A DNA stretch of 64,000 bases from Octopus vulgaris. Its lineage: Eukaryota. Both the position numbers and the translations under genes were made by a program. The notes beneath the pieces were generated by a model. The model ran no database searches and was not told where the DNA came from. It worked only from the letters and a program-made list of their open reading frames with translations. Position 1 is the first letter of the stretch; the number at the start of each line of letters is the position of its first letter. Location of the stretch: assembly GCA_951406725.2 (NCBI GenBank), contig OX597832.1, positions 34,534,001-34,598,000 of the forward strand, written 5' to 3'. Of the stretch, positions 13,466-28,826 are shown piece by piece.

Positions 13466-14783
13466 ATTAAGGCTAATTAGAAGATAGAGTACTTGAAAAA
13501 GAAATATTAACAATATTAAAGTTTGTGTAAAAAACGTTATTTGGGTAAAAACGTTATTTAATCTTAAGGCTAATTAGGGGATAGAGTATCTGAAAATGTA
13601 TTAGCAATATTAATATTATATTAGAGTGTGGATAAAAACGTTGTTTAATCTTAAGGCTAATTAGGAGATAGAGTATCTGAAAATATATTAGCAATATTAA
13701 TATTATATTAGAGTGTGGGTAATATTAAACGTTATTTAATCTTAAGGCTAATTTGGAGATAGAGTATCTGGAAATATATTAGCAATATTAATATTATATT
13801 AAACGTTATTTAATTTAATCTTAAGGCTAATTAGAAGACAGAGTATCTGAAAAATTATATATACAATATTAAGCAATATTAACCGTTATTTAATTTAATC
13901 TTAAGGCTAATTAGACGTTATTAATATTAAACGTTATTTAATTTAATCTTAAGGCTAATTAGAAGATAGAGTATCTGAAAATATATTAGCAATATTAATA
14001 TTATATTAGAGTGTGGATAAAAACGTTATTTAATCTTAAGGCTAATCAGGAGATAGAGTATCTGAAAATATATTAGCAATGTTAATATTATATTAGAGTG
14101 TGGGTAATATTAAACGTTATTTAATTTAATCTTAAGGCTAATTAGAAGATAGAGTATCTGAAGAATTATTAACAATATTAAAACAATATTAAACGTTATT
14201 TAATTTAATCTTAAGGCTAATTAACAATAATTATTAACAATATTAAACAATATTAAACGTTATTTAATTTAATCCTAAGGCTAATTAACAATAATTATTA
14301 ACAATATTAAACAATATTAAACGTTATTTAATTTAATCTTAAGGCTAATTAACAGTAATTATTAACAATATTAAACAATATTAAACGTTATTTAATTTAA
14401 TCCTAAGGCTAATTAACAATAATTATTAACAATATTAAACGTTATTTAATTTAATCCTAAGGCTAATTAGACGTTATTAATATTAAACGTTATTTAATTT
14501 AATCCTAAGGCTAATTAGACGTTATTAATATTAAACGTTATTTAATTTAATCTTAGGGCTAATTAGAAGATAGAGTATCTGAAAAATTATTAACAATATT
14601 AAACAATATTAAACGTTATTTAATTTAATCTTAAGGCTAATTAACAATAATTATTAACAATATTAAACAATATTAAACGTTATTTAATTCAATCCTAAGG
14701 CTAATTTGACGGTATCAATATTAAACGTTATTTAATTTAATCTTAAGGCTAATTAGAAGATAGAGTATCTGGAAAATTATTAT
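13466..14783. repeat. AT-rich modular minisatellite in family C 5' UTR
   Basis: About 20 copies of core aaacgttatttaatttaatcttaaggctaatt with optional gatagagtatctg and aacaatatta modules. Confidence 0.92.
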
Positions 14784-15238
14784 ATCGAGAACAGATATTG
14801 AAAATGTAAACAAACAAAATGACGATCGCAACTTTAACTAAGATGTGGGCCTAAGTGAAAGATAAAATAGAATAATAAATAAAATATGAAATAGATGAAA
14901 TTGATACTTAATCCAACAATGTGGTCTGGATTATTTTTTTTTTTTGGTTTACGGGATTTTTTTCAGGAGAGATACTTCTTTTTCTTTCTGGCAGGAGATA
15001 ACTTGATTTAGTTATTTTTGCACCATGTGCGTTTCGGCGAAAATGAAAATTACTGTGTATATGTATATATTTATATATATATTTTTAAAAATATTTTTAA
15101 CCAAAGTGTTGTAGTGATCTCTATGACTTAGAGTTTTACGTTTTGCAACTACAGTGGGATATTTCGCCGTTCTATGCAAACTTTTTCACAGAGCAAAGGC
15201 AATCACGTCTTTCTCTGTTGAAAACGGAACCGGATATC

Positions 15239-16448
<1,210 letters not shown>

Positions 16449-17948
16449 GATTGATTGATTGATTCTAGTTTCAGCTTATGAGCTGTGGCCATGCTGGGGC
16501 ACCGCCATTTGGTGTTGCTACTTGGTTTCACTTCATGGGGGCTTTCTAGCAACTGCTATTTGGTGCATGAGAGAGTTCGATGCAGCTGTCCTCATCTGCC
16601 CCTCCTGCCGTGAATTTGGTTCATCTGGGACACCTGACAGGAAGAGATCCAGCTTCATTTTAAAGACATCTGTATCCCCCCCATGCAGGTCTCTCAGGTT
16701 CTTCGGGAGGATATTGAAGAGCTGTGGGCCACGGAAGCCCAGGCTATCACAGAATCTTGTCCTACATCTTGATGGCAGGTTTGGAGTCCTAGGCACCACG
16801 CAGTGGCGCCCAGTTCTGGCATTTGCGTAACTCTCGATGCTAAAGTTCAGGACACTTCCCTCCAGGATCTTCCAGATGTATATTATGGCATATCTTTCCC
16901 GCCTACGCTCCAGGGAATATAATTTTAATTTCCTGAGTCTTTCCCAGTAGCTTACATTCTGCATAGAGGCTATCTTCTTCGTGTAGCTACGTTGGATCGC
17001 CTCGAGCTCTGTGATCAACTTGACACTGGATGGTGACCATAACTGAGAGCAGTAGTCAAAGTGGCTTAGGACAAGTGTCCTCCAGAGGACCATCATGGTT
17101 TCTTGTTCTCTTGTTCTAAAGGTTCTGAGGATCCATCCGGCCAGTCGTCTACATTTCATTGCCAATTTAGCAACATGTACACGAAAGGTCGCGTCATCAC
17201 TCATGTAAATACCCAGGTCACGCACTGATTGTGGCTCTGGGATTGCTATTCCTCCGGGTCCAGTGTATTCATTGGGTATTGCATTTAGTTTTGCATGCAG
17301 ATAGTATAGAGCTTGAAACTTTTCAGCATTGAACTGCATGCTATTCTTTTCGGCCCACTTGTATATTTCGTCTAGCTCACATTGCAGGTGTTTAGTGTCC
17401 TCAGGGTTCTGTATTGCCTGTGAAACTTTTGTATCATCTGCATAACTTGTGATCGTGGATCTCTGCGTGGCTGAGGGCATGTCTGAGAGGGCCATTATGA
17501 ACAGTAGTGGTCCCAGAACAGTGCCCTGCGGAACACCGCTCACTATTTGCGTGTTAATGGAAGTGGCCCCATTGGCTACTACCACCTGACTTCTATCCTT
17601 CAGAAAGTCATGAAGCCATTCTCCCAGTTTTCCAACTATGTTGAGATCACGCAGTTTGTGACATATCATTCCATGATCGACTTTATTAAAGGCTTTTGCA
17701 AAGTCGAGATATATCACTTCCACATTTGAGTGGTTGAGCAGCCGTTTCAGCACCCAGTCATAGTGTTGTAGGAGCTGAGTTAAACAGCTTCTCCCTGGTC
17801 GGAAACCATGTTGGGTGTCGGGCAGCAAGTCATTCTCTTCAAGGAAGGTGATCAGCTTCCTTCTGACTATTCGTTCCATGACCTTGCTGATGTGTGAGGT
17901 CAGAGAGATAGGTCTATAGTTCTTGGCTTCCGCTCTGCTACCTCCTTT
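16449..17948 (-). mobile_element. 5'-truncated family C LINE (variant subfamily)
   Basis: Open RT/C-terminal frame 16533..17879; (ATCA)n tail on TA; homology stops at cctccttt 17948. Confidence 0.95.
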
Positions 17949-18828
17949 GATCTACTATTTGGACATTCGTTGTGTTAAATGTGCTATAATTCGAAGTAAT
18001 CGTATTTTCGTTTTGTGAAATTTGGTGATGTATATAAAAACTTGCTATACTGGCCTGAATCCTATGAAGCTTGGCTGTCGGATGAAGTAAAGCCAAGTGA
18101 TTGATCTAGAGACAACAAAAACTGAATTCATGTTACGGGTTTATTTTTTAGTTGTTTTTAAACATTTTACTTAACAGCAGTCGAAGTGTTAGAGAAACAC
18201 ATGAAGAAAGATAGGACAAACTCCGATCTCAGAGACAACGAAATGCCGTGGAGACACAAGAGCAACAAGAAGCAAGACGTCAGTTTGAAACAACCAGGAA
18301 AGTCTGCCTGAGGGAAGAAGTCAAGTTGGAAGATAGATGACAATCGGTGCCTTATGAATAGATTTGCGTACAGTACAGACGGAGCGAAGACCACGTGATC
18401 GCTAGTATTAGTATAAACATCATAAACTCTATACAATCGAAGTCAGGAAATTGTGTTGCTGCTTAAGCATTGTTCCAAAATATTACTTTTAAGTAATACT
18501 TTTCATTAAAAGTATTAATTAATGTTCTAAAAATCTATGAGTGTGTATGGGAATATTCATTCTGTATGCCCCTGTGCCGTTGCATAGATATCGATTTATG
18601 TACTCTCATAGACACACTGATATACACAGAATAATATAGTCATGTATATTATATATATATATATATATTCTCACATATAGATCAGCACACACACACATAT
18701 TAAAACATAAATCAATAAAACCTATTAATTAAACATTTCAAAAATAAGTTGTATTGATATGTTTTAATGTGTGCCTGTCTATATAAATATATAAGCATAT
18801 ATATATATATAATCATATATATATATAA

Positions 18829-18870
<42 letters not shown>

Positions 18871-19014
18871 ATATATGCGTATATATATGCGTATATATAC
18901 ATACATACGCATATATGCATATGCATACATGTATGCACATATGTATACCTAAATATATATGGGGCGAGTCAAAATCTACTTAGAAACATGTGTGTGTGTG
19001 TACTGTTCTATATA

Positions 19015-19205
19015 TGCGCGGCCGCAAGTTGGTAAGAAGCGCTACACTCTGGTCACTGCTGAGAAATCCGTCAGGGGGTAGAAAATATTTTATGTGTACA
19101 TATGTGCGTTTGATCGCGCGGCCGTCAGTTCGTAAACAGCCCTACACAATGGTCACTGCTGTAAGATCCGTCGGGCGGCAGAAAAATATTTTATGTGTGC
19201 GTGTG
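19015..19205. repeat. Diverged two-copy ~100-bp tandem repeat
   Basis: gcgcggccg...ctacac..tggtcactgctg..a.atccgtc.gg.gg.agaaaa..attttatgtgt occurs twice. Confidence 0.7.
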
Positions 19206-19964
19206 TTCGTCTAATCATGCCTTGTCAAAGAAGCCCCCCGTCGTCAAAACATATAATACACCTAATATTCTTTAAATAGTCAGAACTTTAGTCTCGGTCA
19301 CAAAGAACATCTAAGCACCCCGTGCTCTCACCCACCGGAATGACCGCTGCCTGACCCGTTAAAATCTTCAACGCACCCACCACCCGTTTTCAACATACAT
19401 TGATAAACAGTTTGGCCATGGGCTCTTAGGAGCCTCGTTCGATTTGTTTTGCTCCGCCTCTGTTCTGTTTTTGTTTTTTCCAACGGATTTCCTATTTCTT
19501 CCTGAAGAGAAAGACACAATATGGTCTCCTTATTCAATCGGAATTTGGTAAATTGTGCCTTTCGAAGCACGTGTAGAATGCAATAAAACGATTTCTGTTC
19601 AATCTTCGTTCAACTCCATTTCTTCAATTCACTAATAATATTAAAATTCAATTATCCGCACCAACGCACGGTTGCAACACCATATGGTTGTACCTCCAAC
19701 CGTGCTGTCTTCTGCTGTGATTTTTGCTACCAAGGTATCGGTTAAACTTTTGATTAATCTGTAACAAGATTATTCATCTTTCTATTTCACAAAATATATA
19801 TATATATATACATACATACGCTAGGAACGTATTAGTGTACAAAATAGAGCTCATTCTTCCTTAGAATTACACATAGCCAGGAGTATTTACTAAATAGCTG
19901 TCTAAACGTACTCCTTTCTGTTGACTCTATTCAATTTATATATATAAATATGTGTGTGTGTACG

Positions 19965-20009
<45 letters not shown>

Positions 20010-20643
20010 GACACGAACTCACATAAAGAATCTTGCAAACCAAATCCTAAAACGAAATAATATATATTATATATGTATGTGTGTAGGTATGATTGTATGT
20101 ACGAATAGTTGTTTATGTATATATGTGTATAGAGTGTTTCAAGTGTCCTTATTAGTCGAAAGACACCTGTTGTTATTCTTTTGTTATTTGTATTTGTAAT
20201 CGTGTAACATTTTCCCTGTTTTCTCGTCTTTTTGTCGGTGCTATACCCATTCGCTTGCTTTCTTCCAAACATTTAATGCTCTTGGCTTAGATTTTTTGGG
20301 TCAAGTGTAACAGGCCGAAACTGTAATGATAGTTGGAAGCTTGACTGATGAATAGAAGGCTATGAATGAGCCCTCCTCATTTTCCTGTCCGTCATTATAT
20401 CGTCTATCTGTCCGTATGTTTTTATTGTCGTCCGTTACGTTCTTATTCCTTTTTCTGGATTTATATATACATATATTGTATATTGAGAAAAAGGAGGCAG
20501 TCGGAATTTTGGATAATTCGTTAACATTTTGTGATTTTGCGTTGACGAGTTCGTAAATGAACTAAAGCGCTAATAAAACATTATCCAAAGTTCTGACTGC
20601 CTCCTTTTTCTCAATATGGTTGACCAGTAACTCCAAAACTTTT

Positions 20644-20693
<50 letters not shown>

Positions 20694-20697
20694 TCAC

Positions 20698-20732
<35 letters not shown>

Positions 20733-20868
20733 ATTTCCTTGTGTTCCTTTCAGTTGAAGAGCGTAGGTTCGAAACGGAAAAGACTTTCTCATCCTCCCGA
20801 AAGTCAAACTAATACACCAGTTTGTTGTTTATACACCTGTCTTCGTTTATTGTTTTTTTGTAAATTTC

Positions 20869-20919
<51 letters not shown>

Positions 20920-21677
20920 CATGTGTGTTTGAGAGAGAGAGAGAGAGAGAGAGAGAAATTTGCGGGGTTTTTTTTTTTAGCAAAATGCCAGCGTCTTTCA
21001 GGACAAAATCTTTGGAAGCTGTTCGCATGCTTTACTGCCTCAGACTCCCACTCCGTTTGTTGTTTTACTTTTCTTTCCTCAAGCGTGACCGACAGGCCAC
21101 ACACATTGCGTTTTATTACATATAATGTTGTTGTTGATGCAGTAGTAGTAGTAGGAGGAGGAGGAGGGGAGGCGGAGGAGGAGTTGCAGCAACATTATAA
21201 GCAATAAATAAAAGGATGAGGGAATGGAATTTTTTACAAGAAGCAATAGATAATAGTTTATTAAACAAAACTAATAAACAAAATCGAGAAAGAGGGCATA
21301 ACAGTGTTATAGATGATATGTGTGTGAAACGGTAGAGCCACTGCCTCCCACACGTACATATGGCCCTGTCTGTATAGAGGAAGGAAGGAGACACAAAGAA
21401 ATGGAAGGTGTTGGAGAAAAATAGATGATTAATATGAAAATGACGCTTAGCTAAATTCACAATCGTTCTTTTTTGTTTTTAATTACAAGATTACAGACTG
21501 GAGACGCACTTCTTAAAGTTACTCTCTCTATTATAATTAAACATTTTTTAAACATTTAAATAAATTGTTGTGCAGTTGTTTCTCGTATGCGAAGTTTTGT
21601 TTTATGTGTAATGAATTTATGAAAACGTCAGAGAGATTTAAGAGATTTAAGTAGCTGGTTAAACTCTCCTATCGTCT

Positions 21678-21744
<67 letters not shown>

Positions 21745-21937
21745 TAGATGTGATGTACAGAATTGAATATTTAGAAAAAGTTGTCAGAATTTTGGAAAAA
21801 AAATCCTATCTCTTTATTATTATTAGCGCTTTCGTTCCTCTCTAGTACTTATAAAAAAAAACAGATTTTTGGGGTTTTGTTTAGAAGAGTACGTTGTTTC
21901 TGTTTTTTAGGGGTGAGGTTCCAAGTCAGTGGAGATG

Positions 21938-21988
<51 letters not shown>

Positions 21989-22127
21989 GGGCAGATAGAT
22001 AGACAGACATACAGATGGGTAGAGAGAAAGAGAGAGAAGGGATATCCACATTCCTATTCACCATTCATTCATTTATTTTTTCCTTTACCATTGTATTGGA
22101 ATGGGTTTAATGCTAGTGACCACTTTA

Positions 22128-23397
22128 GATTTCTTTATTGGCCACGCAAGGCTAAACATAGAAGGGACAAAATACAAAGTAGAGTTTTTCTTTTCGGGAA
22201 GAAGAGATGGAGGAGAGGGGGGGGGGCGAATTCCGATCAAAGGGGATCGTGAAAAATAGTGGGGCCGATCAATAGGGATCATGTATCACAAAAATGTCAA
22301 TGTAAAAAGGGAAAACAAATTAGGTTTGTCCGTGGATGGAAAAGTCTACGGAAAAGACCACGGGAACCTTGGGCAATAGTGTCATGCAAAAAGAAAACAC
22401 ATTACAGTAAGTGGGTCTCTTTTTTCCTTTCGTTTTTTTCTTTTGGTTCATAGGATTATGCTCAAGCTGGTTCCGTCATTCACACGTGCCATCCTTGATA
22501 CATTCACCCATCTTTTTTTGAAGCATTCACTAGACAAAACTTTCTTCTCTACTCTCACTTTCGTCTTCAAGTGATACTTGAAGAAGTTGATGAGAGATTG
22601 ACTAGCGAGGAAAGTTTTTGTTTCTAGACCTTTCAGACGCATCCACCATACACATTCTTTCGTCATAGCCACAAGTACGATGAAAATGGCTCTTACTTCC
22701 CGTTTCAAGGAAGGCGGCGCGACAATATTCACGATAGACTCGGTTGATAAACCGACTCGTCCTACACGTGGCAGCAGTCGTTCGACATAGGCCTACAGGT
22801 CGGAAATGGTTGGACACTGCACGAGTGCGTGCAGGACGGTTTCGTCGTTCTGACCGCATCTCGGAGTGATCAGCCGCGTGTTTCTCGAGCCATGCCTGTA
22901 GAGCTTATCCCGAACGAGTAGTGCTTCTCGATAGCACTGCCAAGCCAGGGATCTCTGGAAGTTGTCCATAGGTCCCGGCCCGAAAGTCGTCTTGAACAGG
23001 CGGGTCGGGTATTCCTCGTCGACGCCCAGGTTCGCCCCGACATCGTCGTCGTACCTCCCCTCCACTAATCCTCTATAGAATGCTTTGGTTGTGTTAAAGT
23101 CGCTCAAGGTCGACCCGGGACGGCATAGTTGCTCGAGAGCAACGGGACACTCGCGGTGCCATTCGCCCTTCCTCGGCCTCTTCTTGATCCACGACTGCAG
23201 CTAGGTCATGGTGACGAGCTGCGGGAAAGCGCTCCGCACAAACGGCGACCACACCTGTTCATCGTCGTCTACGTAGAGCTGGAGATGTCGCAGTCTCAGC
23301 GCGTGTCTGTGCATCATCAACCACGGCATGCCCAATCCTCCTTTTAACGGGTGTTGACAGCAAATGGATCGCCTGACCATCGGAACGCATCCTTTGG
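22128..23397 (-). mobile_element. 5'-truncated L1/Tx1-like LINE fragment with 8-bp TSD
   Basis: KGGLGMP and WQCYREAL...PRCGQNDETVLHALVQCP (zf-RVT-like); terminal AATAAA; ccacttta at 22120-22127 and 23398-23405. Confidence 0.8.
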
Positions 23398-23780
23398 CCA
23401 CTTTAAAAAATAAAATAAACAGGTTTGGTTTGGTCATCACTGAAAGTAGTTTTGCTTTCTTTCTAACTCTCTTCTTTTTCCTTTTCCCTTTTTCTTTCCT
23501 TTTTCCTTCCTTTTTCCTCCTTTCTCTTTCTCTTTGAGTTATATTTAGAATATGCCCCTTAAAAATATTCATTTTTGGAAAGAATTTTTTAATAAAGTGT
23601 AGTTCTGCATAAAAATACATTAGTATAATATTTGCAAATTAACAATTTGAAAAATCAATCAGTAAATAAAACGAATATATATATGTATATAGTTAATCCA
23701 AACATGAAAACACAACAACGCGAGGACGTGGAACAAATATAGTATTATTGGACGCTCAGGAAAGAAGGAAAGAAGGGGGG

Positions 23781-23814
23781 GTTAACGTTTCGAGCGGAGC
23801 TCTTCGTCAGAAAC
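23781..23814 (-). ncRNA. Hammerhead-like motif in a probable Penelope-like repeat
   Basis: gttt-CTGACGA-a-GAGC-tcc-GCTC-GAAAC-gtt-aac; one extra base after the core. Confidence 0.4.
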
Positions 23815-23914
23815 ATAGGAAAAGGAAAGAAGGGAAGACGGAGGAAAAAAAATCGCCAACGGTACACACGCGGTCACACTTTGAATGTGACTATATATAT
23901 ATATATATATATAT

Positions 23915-23951
<37 letters not shown>

Positions 23952-23975
23952 TACATACATACATACATACATACA

Positions 23976-24006
<31 letters not shown>

Positions 24007-25149
24007 GCCTAAAGCTAGAACATTCCAATGCTACGCATATATACATCTGAACATTTGTAGAGATGAGCCACATTCGGAATAGCGAATTCAAATTCTCCAC
24101 TTTACCTTCAAACATTCAATTTTAGGGAGGATTCCTTGATGAGGTGTGTGGTTGGGAATACGTCCATGTTTATACTGTGTAACTGTGACCAATTCCATGG
24201 TTTTGCGTTAGAGAACATTAGTATAACACTTACAAAAGGTACTGACTCAGCTTTTCTTTCAAACATTAACTTTGGAGAGAACTTTTTGATGAATTGTAGT
24301 TCCATTGCTTTTCGGTATTGCGGATTGTATGTTCATGCAGAACCACACTTTATCAAAAAAAAATTACCTCCAAAAATGAATGTTTGGAAGGAGTATATAC
24401 TAAACATAACTCAAAGAGGAGAAAAAGAAAGGAAGAAAGAAAGGAGGAAAAAGAAGAAAAAAAGGAGAGAAAGGGAAAAAGGAAAAATGTGATAGAAAAA
24501 AAGCAAAAAAGTCTTTCAGTGATGACCAAACCACGCCTGTTTTTTTTTTAAGTGGTCACCATCTTTAAACTAGTTCCAATACAATGGTAAAGGAAAAAGT
24601 AAATGAATGAATGAGGAATAGGAAGGTGGATACCCCTTCTCTCTCTTTCCCTCTGCCCATCAGCCTATCAACCTACCTATATTTCTATCTATCCATCTCC
24701 ATTGTCTTAGAACTTCACCCCGAAACAAAAAAAAATTATGTTTTCTTCCAGCCCCCCCCCCCCCCCAAGCATGTTTTATATAAATGAAGAAGCTGTTTGT
24801 ACATTCACAAGATTGTATTTGACGAGTTCTAGAGAGGAACGAAAACGCTAATAATAAGGAAGAAATAAAAGGATTTTTTCCAAAATTTTGACGACTTTTT
24901 TTCTCAATATATATAGATAGATAGATAGATGTAAACACCTATGCCACACCAAGGACCAACCCCAGAGCTGGGTCTACTGTTTGAATTGGATTTGGTACTT
25001 GGATATTACAGTATCCTAAAAACACTTGATATCTTCAATGTTGTTCACCTCTGTGTGAGCCCTAAATTATCGTACCTAACCGTTTCTGGCCTCCCACATA
25101 TTGATATGCCTAGGTTCCAATGAAGCTCTCTAACTAAATTACATTATAA

Positions 25150-25183
<34 letters not shown>

Positions 25184-25197
25184 CGTGTGTGTGTGTA

Positions 25198-26419
25198 AGG
25201 TTAGAAAGAAAGTCTCTTTTTGAAAGCAATTTTCAATACTAATGGTAAAATAAGCATTCATTTTTACATTCTAATATTTTTGCTTTCTTTCTTTGCAAAC
25301 TGCTTTATACTATAATGGTTAAATTCATATGGATTTTATTTTTGAAAATGAGTTTGGTTGAAACCTGTATTAGACAATGCCTTTTTGAATTTGAAAGTGA
25401 TTCTTCAGGAAAAGAAGGGGCAAAAAAAAAATCTTCTTATCTATGTAAATGAAGCTTTTAGCTTCTGAGCATGCCAACGAGGATTTGAACAGTTTTCATT
25501 GACATGTATTACTTTCAAAAACTCCCTTCGATCGGAAAAACCAACTTTTGTCAATACTGAACTTCTAAAACCTGTAATTGAGCAAAATCCAGTCAGCAGA
25601 AGGTTCCGTGGGTTCGATTCAAGTGAGAATTCGATCATAAAACATTTCCATGAAATAGGAAAAAGTGTCTAAATTTGGTTAGTGGGTCTCTTGTCTTACT
25701 GCTTCTCAGCTTAATCAAAGACTCGTTTTCTGCCCGTCATTAAAAAACCAGGCTTACTACTGAACCTTTTCTGGACAGAATCACCACAAGTAACAAAGTG
25801 TGTTCTCTATAATCGTATCTAACGAATTCTAAATGGTTACCACCCAGTGTAAAAGGAGAGTTCACCCCCAAACTAGAACGACATCCGAAAAAGATTGTTT
25901 CGTGTTTCATGGGATATGAAAGGTGTCATCTATCATGAAGTGATAAACAAAAACGAAACAGTTTGGCTAAGAATTGTCAATTGGAGGCATGGCACAAAAA
26001 TTCTCAGAAAAGGCCCTTCTCGTTGGTCATTCGTTAAGCCACGTTGCTTATACACGATAATGCAGGACCATATATTGCCCAAGTCAATCAAGAAAAGATT
26101 ATGGCCCTAAATATGAATATTCTGACCGATCCTCCTTGCTCTTTTCATCTTGCTCCATCTGATTATCATCTTTTCAGATCATTTTGCAACAATATTTAAA
26201 GGTTCAAAAGTTAATTAATTGTGAAGAAGTTAAAAATGATATTAAGTATGTTTTTTACTTCGATACCTGAATAGTTTTATGTCCGAGGCGTCAACAATTT
26301 CCCAAATGGTATTATACTGGTAATGAGGTGAATATTATCATGTACAAATATATCAATTAACGCCGAAGAAGTATTTGTTTCTTTTTCTTCAAATGCGACA
26401 GGACCTTCTTTCCAAACTA
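25198..26419 (+). mobile_element. Degenerate mariner transposon
   Basis: Remnants WDMKGVIYHE, HDNAGP, LAPSDYHLFRS; imperfect TIRs ggttagaaagaaagtc and ggaccttctttccaaact. Confidence 0.8.
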
Positions 26420-27124
26420 AAATATATTCTTTATATCTGATTTACTATTTCAATTAAAAATTTCGAAAAACATTTAACATTTATCCGTAGATCCTATTAC
26501 CACCCCCACTATCACCACCGCCAACACTACATCATCAATACCACCACCAACACCACCACTATCATCGTCGTTCTCATCATCTCCAATTTCATCACCACCA
26601 CTAGCACCTTCATCGTCATCATCCTCATCATCAGTACAATCAGCATGAACATCATCATTATTTAACGCTGTGAATTACTTTGGATAGAGGATGACTAAAG
26701 ATTTATTAAACCTGATCAAGTGGACAAAAACTCTTAAAGATATTGATTAATTAAAGCCTAAATTAGTCATGGAATGACGTGATTAGTTCTAAAAGGAGCA
26801 ATTATTCATTAATTCAATCTTTGGCAAACACAGTGCTCCCCCCAGAACACGTTCCTCTCTTATCAAAAGTTATTGTATCTACTGTTCCCTCGAGATTTTA
26901 CTTTCTTACAAGTAAATATAGGTTTCCCTAATTATTGCTCTTTCAAATCTGAGTGGGGATTTTATTTGTTTTTGATTTTTCTTCGATGTTTTTTTATGCT
27001 TGAAGCTTCTTTTTTTATTTATTAATTTTTACCTGCAATTATTTCGACATACGTACCTGCTTACAGACATAAAAACATACATATATACAAATACATACAT
27101 ACATACGTGCATACCAGCATGCAG

Positions 27125-27233
<109 letters not shown>

Positions 27234-27264
27234 ATAAGAAAAAAGCAACAAGAATGGATCAATA

Positions 27265-27353
27265 TTTCGGTACAATTGTTTCGTACGAAGACAGCTTTAT
27301 TAAGGCTGCAAATATTGCAGTAAATATAAGTGACCCGTACTCATCAGCCGAAA
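27265..27353 (-). ncRNA. Type I hammerhead ribozyme
   Basis: Reverse complement of the motif at 28157-28245. Confidence 0.8.
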
Positions 27354-28156
27354 AAACATCTGAGTTCTCCAAACATCTAAGGGGGTAATGTTACACTCCT
27401 GAAACATCAGGGATAGTTCTATAAAAATAAGATTTAGGTAACAAACGGACTTCTAAAAGTTCTTTTAGTGTTGCACAGTCATATAACGGGTTTTTAAAAA
27501 GTATTTTAAAAAACCTCTTGGTTTCCCAGAAAATGAAAATGTAAATCCATCCATATTGAAGTAAGTTAGATTTCTGGAGATATGGGGAGATGTATCATAC
27601 TCACAGAAGATGCATTTATCCATAATTAGTCCATAATAAAGTGTGTTTCCTGATGTGTGATGATATACTGGTTACATTTCTGAGAATTTCTCCAAACTGC
27701 TATGTTAGAATTAAATTTGTTGAAGGAGACTTAGTGAAGCGTAGAGACAATCCATCACATAGGGTATATTGGGGTAACTGAGAGGGGAGGGGGATGTAAA
27801 TGCCCAACTACGCAGAATAGTTTATTTCAGTGGAGACGAACTGACTGATTCAGAATTTGCAAGAATCTAAGAGCTTTAAGGAGGAATGCTAATCTTGACC
27901 AAATACCGTCGTTAATTGCTATATAAAGAGGATATGGGAAGGTAAAGAAGGGTCAAAGGTTGTCACTATAGGAAAAAAACATTAACAGATTTCAGTGCAA
28001 TACTAGAAAGGAGGTCATTTAATTTATTTCTTTGTGCAACACTAAAAGAACTTTTAGAAGTCCGTTTGTTACCTAAATCTTATTTTTATAGAACTATCCC
28101 TGATGTTTCAGGAGTGTAAAATCACCCACTTAGATGTTTAGAGAACTCAGATGTTT

Positions 28157-28245
28157 TTTCGGCTGATGAGTACGGGTCACTTATATTTACTGCAATATTT
28201 GCAGCCTTAATAAAGCTGTCTTCGTACGAAACAATTGTACCGAAA
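28157..28245 (+). ncRNA. Type I hammerhead ribozyme
   Basis: TTTCGG-CTGATGA-GTACG...CGTAC-GAAAC-AATT-GTA-CCGAAA: full core, stems I and II, short palindromic stem III. Confidence 0.82.
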
Positions 28246-28734
28246 TATTGATCCATTCTTTTTGCTTTTTTCTTATTTATAATCACCCCGCATTATCTTA
28301 TGGTTAACGCCATATAGATTTCTGGTGCATCTAAGTTAAGTACCGCATTCATGTGAATTCAACAGAACTCACTTGAATCTTAATTGCTTTTACTGTATAT
28401 ATGTATGTATATATATATGTATGTATAACTATATATGCATATATATATAATATATTCATACAGGTATATGCATACATAGTACATTACATACATCCATGCA
28501 TACGCGCGCATACATATATATATACATGCACGTCTGCACACACGATATTACTAGTACTACTACTCCCAGCACCACAAGGACATTGAAAACAATCAAAAAT
28601 GCGATCATTCTGGGTATTCAGCAATTTTTCTTCATGTCTTTTTTTATGATTGCATCCTCAGCATTTAGTTACATATATACAGTACACAGACATACAGACA
28701 CACACACATATACATACTTACATACATGTGTGTG

Positions 28735-28774
<40 letters not shown>

Positions 28775-28782
28775 CATATGTA

Positions 28783-28826
<44 letters not shown>

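Larger units (their letters stand above)
21763..24910. repeat. Old inverted repeat pair (21763-22127 plus 23398-23620 versus 24325-24910)
   Basis: tcctttaccattgtattggaa versus ttccaatacaatggtaaagga; tggtttggtcatcactgaaag versus ctttcagtgatgaccaaacca. Confidence 0.8.

Noticed and set aside
13466-14783. CRISPR-like repeat/spacer appearance
   Set aside because: Intervening segments are themselves repeated modules; eukaryotic LINE UTR context and no cas genes
18170-18320. Helitron-like ETQEQQEARR coding remnant
   Set aside because: Too short and low-complexity; no Rep or helicase motifs nearby
19330-19620. Possible mariner N-terminal remnant on the minus strand
   Set aside because: No diagnostic motif or TIR could be confirmed
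20750-20785. Hammerhead-like gaagagc...cgaaac motif
   Set aside because: Core and stems too degenerate to call
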